In this document: piece by piece, positions 26,250 to 37,384 of the stretch
Layout: every line of letters starts with the position of its first letter
How positions within the stretch are numbered: position 1 is the stretch's first letter
From: Mustelus asterias
Taxonomy: Eukaryota
Direction of reading: 5' to 3'
Assembly (NCBI RefSeq): GCF_964213995.1
Contig: NW_027590139.1
Coordinates: 1,054,001-1,118,000, forward strand
DNA length: 64,000 nucleotides
Program-made: the position numbers and the translations under genes
The notes under the pieces: generated by a model
Told to the model about the DNA's origin: nothing
Seen by the model: only the letters and a program-made list of their open reading frames with translations
Database searches by the model: none

Positions 26250-26737
26250 GCAAAGGATGTTCACCAGGCTGATTCAGGGAATCGCGGGACTGATGTATGA
26301 GGAGAGATTGACCAGGTTAGAATTGTTTTCGTTGGAGTTCAGATGAATGAGGGGGGAATCTCAAAGAGACTTATAAAATTCTAACAGGTCGAGACAGGAT
26401 AGATGCAGGGAGGATGTTCCCGATGGAGTCCAGAACCAAGGGTCACAGTCTGAGGATTCAGGGCAGACCATTTAGGACGGAGGTGAGTAGACATTTCTTC
26501 ACCCAAAGAGTAGTCACCCTGTGGAATTCATTACCACAGGAAGTAGTTGGTGCCAAAACATTGAATGTATTCAAGAGGCGGCTGGATAAAGCACTTGGGG
26601 TGAATGGGATCACAGGTTATGGGGAAAAAGCAGGATTAGGCTACTCAGTTGGATGATCAGCCATGATCATAATGAATGGCGGAGCAGGCTCGAAGGGCCA
26701 AATGGCCTCCTCCTGCTCCTATCATCTCTGTTTCTAT
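26250..26737 (+). mobile_element. CR1-like LINE 3' end
   Basis: FFTQRVVTLWNSLP motif and 3'UTR. Confidence 0.8.
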
Positions 26738-26915
26738 ATCAATGTCTTTAAGAGAGAGAGAGAGAGGGAGACCTGGGCCAACCTTTCCAGAGTCTGCAGC
26801 CTCCCTGGATTCACTTCCTTTCCCTTCAGTTGCTGCAAGTCCCCAATTTCCCCCAGAATGAGAAAAGAAATGGAAAGGGGGAGAAAAGAAAGTGTGTTAC
26901 TCACAGATGTTGGCC

Positions 26916-28446
26916 TCTTTTAGGTCAAAACAAATAAACAAACTCAGATTAAGTCAGGACAAAGTAAAAGGGGCAGCTCCCCAAAAGGAGGGAGAACAGT
27001 CCGAACAGAAATCAAAGTACAAAGGAAACTTAAAAACATCAAATTAAAATGTGATTATTAGGGTCGATAACGCACCCCAACCCCTGCGGTGCCCAGCGGG
27101 CGCGGAAGGCGTCAACCTCGCCCGTGGACACCGCATGCTCCCTCTCCAGGGACACCTGGCCGCGAACGTAGCCGCGGTAGAGGGGAAGACAGTCAGGATG
27201 GACGGCCCCCTCGATCGCCCGCAGCCTGGACCGGTAAATGGCGCGTTTCGCCAGGCCCAGGAGCAGGTTCACGAGGAGGTCGCCATCCCGACCCCAACAA
27301 AAAGAAAGTGCAACCTAAGACACAAAACATAGACATGGTCCACGGACTTCACAAGGCCACAGAAGGGGCAAGCTTCATAGCCCGTGAACCAGTGAATCCT
27401 ACGGTTGTGCGGAACTGCTGCATGCATCACCCTTCACCCCAGGTCCCCGATGTAATTGGGGCAATCCCTCCGTAGAGGGACCTCTACGGAAACAAGGCCC
27501 GCCAAGGTGTATCCGGGCGACAGGCAAGGAGGCGGTAGTGGAAGGTGTGCAGCAGCAGCCCACACAGGAAACGCCTCCGCGCGGTAGGAAAAGGCACGGA
27601 GGACATTTCCACGAGGCGGCTCAGGCTGTGGGGCACCTGACCCGAGGAGGAGGGTTGAAGTTTTGGGCCAATGTGGAATTCTGTCCGAACAGGGGAACGC
27701 TCGGGCGGGATCCCACCGCACGCCTGCGCCGCCTCGAGTTTGCGTGCAGTTTCGGGGCCGAGCACGACCGTCCTAAGGTCTAGGATGGCTTTGGCCGTGT
27801 GCCGGACGGTCGTCCCCACGCGCTCAGCCAGCACGCGGGGGCCCATCCAGCCCGCTCCTCCGCCATCGAGCACATCCCCGATTCTGGTCACCCCGGCGTC
27901 CACAGCCCTCCTCTCCGCCAGCCACCTGAAGTCATACGGCTGGAGGAGCGGATTCCTGAGCAGCGGCTCTCGCACGAGAGCTGCTACTCCTGACGGGGGA
28001 GAGCTGTGTCGCGAGGCGACCGTGTTCCAGACGGTGAGGTAAAAGATGGGCAACTCCTGCAGGGCGGTCGAAGCACGCCCCAGTTCGATATGCAGGAGCT
28101 GCACGTCATAATTGAGGCCGTGCCAGTGGCAGAAGAAATATGGCACACCATTGTGGAGGGGGCTCAACGTAAAGGTACCTTTAGCGGAAGGTCGCTATCT
28201 GAGTGCGGAGGCACACCAGACCTTGTCCGCCCTCCTCAAGCGGGAGATACAGAACCGCAGCAGGGACCCAGTGCAGTCGATTGCCCCAGAAGAACCGCAG
28301 GAGGGTTCTCTGGATATTGGCGACAAAGTAAGAAGTTTAACAACACCAGGATATTGGCGACAAAGCCAGGGGGAGGGGTCAAAGGGACCAGCCGGTACCA
28401 CAGCATGGAGGCGAGCAGCTGGTTTATGACGAGAACCCGCGCCCGT
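26916..28446 (-). mobile_element. Tx1-like (L1 group) non-LTR retrotransposon, 5'-truncated, copy 1
   Basis: LVINQLLASMLWY and a C-terminal CPFC..ESxxH zinc knuckle. Homologous to 55410-57299, with internal deletions. Confidence 0.8.
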
Positions 28447-29099
28447 GAATGGTCACAAACACTCACCTCTGAAACAATTTAACTGATTTTAATATTAAAA
28501 TCTCCTGCTGGAGCCTGCAGCTGGAAAGATATCAGAAGCATTGGCATCAGAGAAAAATCTCCCAGTTGAGGAAATCCCCGGGGAGCGGGGGTGATGTCAC
28601 TGTGCAATTGTAAGTATGTGATGAGATCACAGACAGGAATACAGAATACCTGGGTCTGTGCAAACCAGTGAACACCACACATTATGGAGGATGTGAGGCT
28701 CCTTGACAGGGTGCAGAGGAGATTTATCAAAATGGTTTCAGGGATGAGGAATTATAGTTACAATGTTAGGCTGGATAACTTGGGGTTGTTCTCCTTGGAG
28801 CAAAGTAGATTGATTGAGGTGTACAAGGGTACATGGAGGTGTCAAAGTTTACATGCTCTGTTTACACGTGTACAAGCTCTGACTATGGGTCATCCAGTCT
28901 CGAAACGTTGGTTCTATTCTCTCTCCACAGATGCTGTCAGATCTGCTGAGATTTTCCAGCATTTATTGTTTTTATTTTCCTTTCTTTTTCCTTCTCTACC
29001 ACCGCTCTGCTTCATCAATAAGACATTGGGACTCAGGGTTGATGCAGTTTGATGGACAGGTTGTCTCCATTCTGAGCACTGGGGAACAAGCCCCTCCCA

Positions 29100-29540
29100 C
29101 TGATTGACAACATTGCCCTCTACAAACATGGCGGCCGCACGTGCGCACTGCTGCCTATTGCCCCCAATAAAGATGGCGAACGTTAACCTTGGACGAACAC
29201 GAGGAGCTGCAGCCTTGCTCGGTACAAACTGGGTCCGGGAAGTTCTCTTCCGCGGTTTGCGGCTTACACAACATGCTTATGCAGCGTTTCCACCCACCTG
29301 GACGATCCATTGCTCTCTCCGTACCTCCAGTCACCTCTAACAGATTTCCGAGCCCACAGCAAAAGCCGTTTCCCATCGCCATTACTCATACTGCGCATGC
29401 TCGAGTCAAGGTTGGCCCCGCCCCTCGTTCGCTCCGATTGATTGGAGGACCGACCGCTCCATGTCGGTCCTCCAGCACTGTCCCCTCTTCCCATTGGTCC
29501 GCGCTGCCGTCAATCAGCCGGGCATTGTGACGGTGATTTG
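29100..29540. promoter_or_regulatory. CpG promoter module (inverted homolog of 2640-2790)
   Basis: YY1-like AACATGGCGG/AAGATGGCG, TGCGCATGC, GC box, ATTGG boxes. Confidence 0.65.
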
Positions 29541-29619
29541 CTGCTTGTCCAATAATAACAGTAAGAAGTTTAACAACACCAGGTTAAAGTCCAACAGGTC
29601 TATTTGGTAGCAAACGTCA

Positions 29620-29656
29620 CACAAGCTTTCGGAGCCTCAAGCCCCTTCTTCAGGTG
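29620..29656 (-). ncRNA. Minimal type I hammerhead ribozyme motif
   Basis: CAC CUGAAGA A GGGGC-UUGAG-GCUCC GAAA GC UU GUG. Confidence 0.75.
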
Positions 29657-30847
29657 AGTGGGAATTCTGTTCACAAACAGAGCTTATAAAGACACAGACT
29701 CAATTTACATGAATAATGGTTGGAATGCGAATCCTTGCAGCTAATCAAGTCTTAAAGGTACAAACAATGTGAGTGGAGAGCTTCCACTCTAAACACGTTA
29801 AAGAAGCCATCCCCTACGGACAAGCCCTCCGTATACACAGGATCTGCTCGGATGAGGAGGATCGCAACAGACACCTCCAGACGCTGAAAGATGCCCTCAT
29901 AAGAACAGGATATAGCGCTCAACTCATCGATCGACAGTTCCGACGCGCCACAGCGAAAAACCGCACCGACCTCCTCAGAAGACAAACACGGGACACGGTG
30001 GACAGAGTACCCTTCGTCGTCCAGTACTTCATCGGAGCGGAGAAGCTACGGCATCTCCTCTGGAGCCTTCAACATGTCATTGATGAAGACGAACATCTCG
30101 CCAAGGCCATCCCCACACCCCCACTTCTTGCCTTCAAACAACCGCACAACCTCAAACAGACCATTGTCCGCAGCAAACTACCCAGCCTTCAGGAGAACAG
30201 TGACCACGACACCACACAACCCTGCCACAGCAACCTCTGCAACACGTGCCGGATCATCGACACAGATGCCATCATCTCACGTGAGAACACCATCCACCAG
30301 GTACACGGTACATACTCTTGCAACTCGGCCAACGTTGTCTACCTGATACGCTGCAGGAAAGTATGTCCCGAGGCATGGTACATTGGGGAAACCATGCAGA
30401 CACTGCGACAACGGATGAATGAACATCGCTCGACAATCACCAGGCAAGACTGTTCTCTTCCTGTTGGGGAGCACTTGAGCGGTCACGGGCATTCAGCCTC
30501 TGATCTTCGGGTAAGCGTTCTCCAAGGCTGCCTTCACGACACATGACAGCGCAGAGTCGCTGAGCAGAAACTGATAGCCAAGTTCCGCACACGAGGACGG
30601 CCTCAACCGGGATATTGGGTTCATGACACACTATCTGTACTCCCCACAGCTTGCCTGGACTTGCAGAGTCTCACTGGCTGTCCTGTCTGGAGACAATACA
30701 CATCTCTTTAGCCTGTCTTGATGCTCTCTCCACCGCATTGTTTGTACCTTTAAGACTTGATTAGCTGTAAGTATTCGCATTCCAACCACTATTCTGTAAA
30801 TTGAGTTTGTGTCTTTATATGCCCTGTTTGTGAACAGAATTCCCACT

Positions 30848-30884
30848 CACCTGAAGAAGGAGCTTAAGGCTCCGAAAGCTTGTG
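30848..30884 (+). ncRNA. Minimal type I hammerhead ribozyme motif
   Basis: CAC CUGAAGA A GGAGC-UUAAG-GCUCC GAAA GC UU GUG. Confidence 0.8.
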
Positions 30885-33800
30885 GCTTTTTCTACCAAAT
30901 AAACCTGTTGGACTTTAACCTGGTGTTGTTAAACTTCTTACTGTGTTTACCCCAGTCCAACGCCGGCATCTCCACATTAGCAATAACAGAGTCTCAGTGT
31001 AACAATGACACACACAGGCTCCAATACAATCAGAGTGGAGATGGGGCACAGAGACAACACAGCAAAGCACTGACTTACTCTGAGTGTAACAAATACAATG
31101 TTTGTTCAAATAATAAGAGTCACGTTGCAGTATGTTAGCGAACACAGCATTGGATCCAATGTAATGGTAATACAGTCAGTATCTCGTGCACCATAACCAA
31201 AGTTTCGGTTTCATTTGATAGTGTGAGTGAGTCATGGTCTATTGATATAATGTATTTAGATTCCGGTGTGTGTTCCTCTGCCACTGTCATTATCAGACAA
31301 TAGCCTGTCTGTTATTCCAATTCTGCTGTATTCTACAACTGCAGTTTCAGTGTCTCTGAGGTCATTTTAACTGCAGGTAATCTGACATTAATGGAGACAA
31401 GAGGCCCAACAAACATTTGATTATAATAGGAGGACAAAGTGTAAGGGAACAATGATATTTTAAGGTGTCTGTGTTGTGGTGAGTGTCACTGGGAGGTGAG
31501 TGATAAAATACAAGTGGAAACATCATGACAGAGACATGTGACTGACTCGGCCTGACTGAGAGCTGTTATACTCGAGGCGAGAATAATGAGGACATGGGGA
31601 ACTCCAGGGATTTCTGATATCTGAGGTGTATCTGTTAGAGGAACTGAAAATAATCAGTTCTTCCTCATGGTTATCTCCAGTTCTCAAGTCACACAGACAC
31701 ACAGGAAAGAGATCTGACAGCTCATCAAACCCAATATTTTAATCTTCTGTTTGAGACACATTATAATCGAAAAGATCAAATATTAAAACCTGAGGAGAGA
31801 AACATTCAGAATGTCACAAGGATGAGTGAACTGTCTAATTAATCCCATTCACCATAACTTTGCCAATTTATCCTCTGCAAGTATTTATCCAATTCCCTTT
31901 GAAAGCTACTATCAAACTTGCTTCTAGCACCTGTCAGTTAGTGCATTCCAGATCATATGAAGTTATTGTGTAACAAATTCTCCTTATCACCCCCTCCAGT
32001 TCTGTTGTCAATTAAATTAAATCTCTGTGTCCTCTGCTTACAGACCTTCCTGCACGGAGGAAATCGATTCTCTCCATCGACAAACCCTCGTGCTCCTGGG
32101 AGATAATTTCTCTCCATTGACACTATCATAAATTATTTGTCATTTTAAACACCTCTATTAAATCTCCCAGCACATTCCCCAACCTAAGATGGATAACCCA
32201 TGTTTCTCCTGCCCTGAAGAATTATATGGACTCAAAATGTTAACTCTGAACAGATGCCGCTGGACCTGCCGGGTTTTTCTGCTTTTCTCCCTGTCATTCC
32301 TTCCATAATCAATCAGAAACTCTTCATGATTTTGAACATCTTGATCAAATAGGAACAATCAGACCCTGAGAAAGATACAGAGGGAGAGACAGAAAGAAAA
32401 ATTGAGAGATTTTAAAAAGCAGAAAGATGAGGTGGTCAAAGATAAAAGCTGAGAAACAGAGGAAACAAGCAATACAGAGAGAATGCTCTGTATGTAAGGG
32501 AGCAGGCTATCAGTTCCCAGCTATGGGGAGCAGAGGGAACTCAGTAACTGATCCACAGACACAGCTGGTTATATCTGCGAATGGAAACTCTGAACAGAAA
32601 TAACTGGCTCATTTGTAAATGTCACCACAATGTGACCTGTGTGACTCTGCCCTGACTCTGTGGACAGATAAAGGCCGCATTGACAGATGTTCTCACCAGA
32701 TTGTGGTCCCTGGATTTATTTTCTGCTCAGAAATGAGATGTGAGGTTTGGAACCGGCAGCAGAGAAACAGGAAGTTGTGTTACCTGAGAATGAAACAGCC
32801 GGTGTCAGTTTGATGTTATCACCGTGAACAGTCTTCCTGCCTGTGAGGGTGAACTCACTCTGACAGCATCAAGAACAACCACACAGATTGCTGCCGCTCT
32901 CAGCATTACATTCAGCTCCATTCCCATTTTAAACAATAAAGAAAGGAGATTATTTGGATTTTTAACACATTCACTGAATTGGGAGATGGACTGAGGGTCA
33001 TCACTGGGAGAAATGAGGAGGAATTAGAGAACAAATGAGTTTTCCCAAAGAGGGTTATTAGAAAAGAGGAGATTTAAAGTGAGTCAGGGCCTGTCAGAGG
33101 AAGTGGGAGAGAGAAACAGAGAGGATTGAATCTCCATCAATTAGATGTTTTCTCAGACAGCGAAGAGAGATGAAGTTTGTTTGTGCCTTTTCAGAGAGAG
33201 GTAACGAGAGAGAGAAAACAATGAATAAGTTTAAGCAGATCTGAAATAGGAAGGTTAAATGAGTGAGTGTTTGAAAGAAAGATAGAGAGACATTAAGTGA
33301 TGAACACAGTATCTGAGAGGGAAGAGGTTAAGTGAATGAGAGAGGAGCGAGGTTAGAATGTAAGAGAGATGGAAGGTAACGTGTGAGTGAATGCCTGGAG
33401 AGAGAGAGAGAGAGAGAGATGTTCAGTGAGTGTTAGAGAGATGAGAGAGGTTAAGTGATTGAGTTTCTGAGAGAGAGGAGATGTTGAGTGAGTGAATGTC
33501 TGAAAGAGAGGAGAGCAGGTTCACACCCAGGGGTCACTGAGAATGATCAAAATAAGGAGATCACCCAGAAAACTACCAACAGGAAACTTCAGCTGAACAC
33601 ATCACTCATTCTTAAATGGTCAGTCAGGACTCTGATGCTGCTCAGCTTCTCTCTGTTCTGTTTATAATGGTTAAAGGCTGATAGGAGTGAGGTTTATTTA
33701 GAAGGATAGTGTATGGGAAGCACACATCAACAAAACTGAGAATTCTTGGACACACACTGCAGCTCCTTCTCTATCTGGGAATCAAATTGTTGTCTAATTG

Positions 33801-34430
33801 TCCCAGCAGTTAACAGGCTCCTTTGAACTTCTCCAGCTGCTACTTTGATGCAGACTTCAACCAATTTATTTTAAGCCAGTTTCTGTTCAATAAACCAGGA
33901 CTGACACACACACACATTAAAATGTTTTAGACTTTTTTGCATTTTTAGTCTGGAAACCTAAACCTGCCGTTTCACTCTCAGTCAGGAATAGATCCCAGTT
34001 TTACACCAATCTTTGACAGCACGTTTCCAGCATTCACCATTGTTCTTCCTGACTCTAAACACAGTTGTAAAGGAGCTTCTGTTCCATGTCTGGGAGCTCG
34101 GAACCATGGAAAAGAACGACTGGGAAACATTTCTTACACACCTCAGGATTCACCCACGCGGGGACTTTGCTGTCAGTGAAAAGTGACGAAAAAGACCAAA
34201 GTGCTGTTTGTCCCTCTCAGCGTGACCCTGAAGGACTGGGTCAAGAATGAAGTTCTGTTCCTACTGTATGATCCTCCCTCAGATTGCCCTTTCTGAGCTC
34301 CAGCCTGGTGACGTTAAACACTCAAATGGAAAAGACAAAAATCTACAACAATGATTCAATCAAATGTCTATTTCACATTTATTCAGAATATCAAACCTCA
34401 ACAGAAGAAAAAAGTCAGAGTGAACATGAT

Positions 34431-35490
34431 TCAGTCCTGGATATGATTAACAGCATCGATAAGTGTAGAATCCAAACCTTGCAGTCCCTTGTGAACTCGC
34501 CGGTGTGTTAGCAGGTGGGATGACTGAATAAATCCCTTTCCACAGACATTACAGGTGAACGGCCTCTCCCCAGTGTGAACTCGCTGGTGTTTCAGAAGAT
34601 AAGATAAATGAGAAAATCCCTTCCCACAGACAGAGCAGGTAAATGGTCTCTCCGCACTGTGAACTCTCTGATGTGTCAGCAGGTTGGATGACTGACTGAA
34701 TCCCTTCCCACACATGGAGCAGGTGAACGGCCTCTCCCCAGTGTGAACCCGCTGGTGGTTCAATAAGTTGGATGAAAGAGTGAATCCCTTCCCACACACG
34801 GAGCAAGTGAATGGCCTCTCCTCACTGTGAACCTGCTGGTGTGTCAGAAGGTTGGATGAATTAATGAATCCCTTCCCACAGTCTGAGCAGGTGAAGGCCT
34901 CTCCCCAGTGTGAATTCTCTGGCGGTTCAGTAGGGCAGATGGACGGCTGAATCCCTTCCCACACACACAGCAGGTGAATGGCCTCTCCCCAGTGTGAGTA
35001 TATTGGTGCGTCAGCAGATCCTTTTTGTTTTTAAAGCTCTTCGCAGTCGGAACAATTAAAAAGTTTGTTGTCAGAGTGAACAAGTTGATGTGTCTGCAGG
35101 TGGGATGACTGAATGAATCCTTTCCCACACACAGAGCAGGTGAACGGTCTCTCCCGTGTGAATACGTTGGTGTGTCAGCAGATCTTTTTTGCATTTAAAA
35201 CTCTTCCCACAGTCAGAACATGGAAACATTCTCTCATCAGTGTGAACAAGTTGGTGTGTCACAATGTGGGATGAGCGAGTGAATCCCTTCCCACACACAG
35301 GGCAGGTGAACGGCCTCTCCCCAGTGTGAACCCGTTGGTGAGTCAGAAGGTTGTATGAATGGGTGAATCCCTTCCCACAAACGGAGGAGGTGAATGGTCT
35401 CTCCCCAGTGTGACTGCACCAATGAACTTCCAGTTGTGATGGGAAACTGAATCCTTTCCCACAATCCACACATTTCCACTGTTTCTCCAT
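34431..35490 (-). pseudogene. C2H2 zinc-finger pseudogene E (paralog of H)
   Basis: MEKQWKC start at 35490. Fingers are split over three ORFs by small deletions (~35155, ~35040, ~34897). Confidence 0.85.
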
Positions 35491-36479
35491 GGTGCTGGTG
35501 CCCTTGTGTTTCTCCAGGTTGGATGATCAGTTGAAACCTCGTCCACACACACAACATACATGTAGTTTCACCCTGCTGTGAACTGTGTGATGTTTCTTCA
35601 GGCTGTGGACTGGTTAAAGCTCTTTCCACAGTCAGTTCACTGGAACACTCTCAATCGGGTGTGTGTTTGTTTCAATGCTTTTCCGGTCACACTGATGTTT
35701 AAAATCTTTGCCGACAGACAGAAGAGTCAAACATTTCTCCTCCCACATTCAAAGACCAATGATCTTCAGCTCTGAATGAACAAAGTGACTTTGCCAGTCA
35801 TGATGTTCGTTTGAGTTTTCTGTCTACCAATCCTCCACTTCCAATATCCTGTAAAAAAAAATTTGGAAAAGTCATCACTGTCAGTCCGGAATAGAAATCC
35901 TGAACAGACAATTCTAGTTTCTCCGGAACATTTTTTCCTCTCTTGTTCCCCAAAATCTGTAAATCCCCGTCCCACACACTCTCCCTTCTCCCTGGGCTTA
36001 AACCCATCTCACCATCTGCATCATTTCTTTCCTCCACTCCCAGTTTTCTCCCTCCCTCTCCTCTGATTGGGTTCAGTTCTCCAGCTCCTGTCTGCAGACT
36101 GACAATAAAACCAATGGGTCTTATTGGGGGTGTTGGGGCCTCCAGCGGGTGTTTGTGAATCCTCCCCGCCCACCTCCCAGGGTTTCCTTCCTTCCCAGAG
36201 ATCAGAGTCCTCATTGATTTGAGGCCAAAGTGTAACCTCTTATTTATTGTCCCCCTCCCCCATCCTCTGATGTGAACCATCCTCCAGTGGCTGAGCCAGG
36301 ATGGGGCCGTTAACCTGGGCCTGTTCCCGGGAGGGAGGGAGAAGCCCCGCAGCTGCAAACCAGGGAGCTGACAATGATTCTGAAGGGTTTGCGGATCCAC
36401 AAAGTGTTTCCAAATCCTCCCAGCCACCGCCTAACGCTGACTCCGCTTCTCCGGGACAAACAAGCGCCAAGGACAGCAC

Positions 36480-37150
36480 TGACACTGCGCATGCTCCACA
36501 TCACAATGCCCGGGCACTGATTGACGGCAGCTCCGGACCAATAGGACGAGGGGGCGGGGCTGGAGGACCGAGCGGGAGCGGCTGGTCCTCCAACCAATCG
36601 GAGTGAATGAGGGGCGGGACCTGAAGCATGCGCAGTGCGGGTAATGGCGACGGACAGACGGACGGTTTTAATTTGGAAGCGAGATCAATACGAGGTAGAG
36701 GGCGGCGTGCGGGGAATGATAAATGTGGCGGGTGGGTGGAGAGACTTTGTAAACATGTTGTTCAAACCCAAACCCCGGAAATGAACTTCCCGGTCCCCCC
36801 CTTTGTACCAAATGGAGCGGCAGCTTGTCGTGTTAGACCCGGGCTGACTGCTGCCTCTGGTAAACCACTGTTAAGCTTATTGCCTGTGTGTGTGTGACAT
36901 GTCTGGGCATGCCCCTGCCAGCCCTGCATGAGACTCCTCCCCCCCCCCCTGTCCAGGTATGAAGGTGACTGCTCCCCACCCTCCTGCCTCAGTTGCTGGA
37001 CCAGTTCATCAGCATGGGTATGCTCCAAGTCTTTTGCGAATAAAAGCCTATTTGTTCTTGCAAACAAACTAGTCTTTACTTGATTGATAGATAGTGCATC
37101 ACCGCCATTGAGGCTGCATGTGGGAGGCCGGCAGGGATTGTGATCGGAGA
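36480..37150. promoter_or_regulatory. Copy of the ZNF CpG promoter module (gene E)
   Basis: Near-identical to 2620-3050. Confidence 0.75.
36856..37101 (+). mobile_element. Solo LTR (~246 bp) with 5-bp target duplication
   Basis: Absent from the paralogous promoters. Flanked by CTGCC/CCGCC, contains AATAAA, ends in ...GCATCA. Confidence 0.75.
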
Positions 37151-37151
37151 G

Positions 37152-37375
37152 TGATGTCACAATGGAATGTGTGAGGGTGTGACGTCACAATGGAATGTGT
37201 GAGGGTGTGACGTCACAATGGAATGTGTGAGGGTGTGACGTCACAATGGAATGGGTGAGAGTGTGACGCCACAATGGAATGGGTCGGAGTGTGATGTCAC
37301 AATGGAATGGGTGAGGGTGTGACATCACAATGGAATGGGTCGGAGTGTGAGGTCACAATGGAATGGGTGAGGGTT
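37152..37375 (+). repeat. 28-bp CRE minisatellite, 8 units
   Basis: Read directly. Confidence 0.9.
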
Positions 37376-37384
37376 CCAAATTCG

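Larger units (their letters stand above)
29560..30978 (+). mobile_element. Penelope-like element: inverted 5' pLTR, RT C-terminus/GIY-YIG endonuclease, 3' pLTR
   Basis: ORF 29773..30546 contains NVVYLIRC...WYIGET..LRQRMNEH (GIY-YIG). 29560-29780 is an inverted copy of 30720-30943. CGA>TGA stop at 30544. Confidence 0.9.

Noticed and set aside
32380-33520. GA-rich tract with (GA)n near 33400
   Set aside because: Ordinary degenerate microsatellite/low-complexity DNA.
37152-37375. 28-bp repeats resembling a CRISPR array
   Set aside because: Head-to-tail units with no unique spacers, no cas genes, and eukaryotic context.
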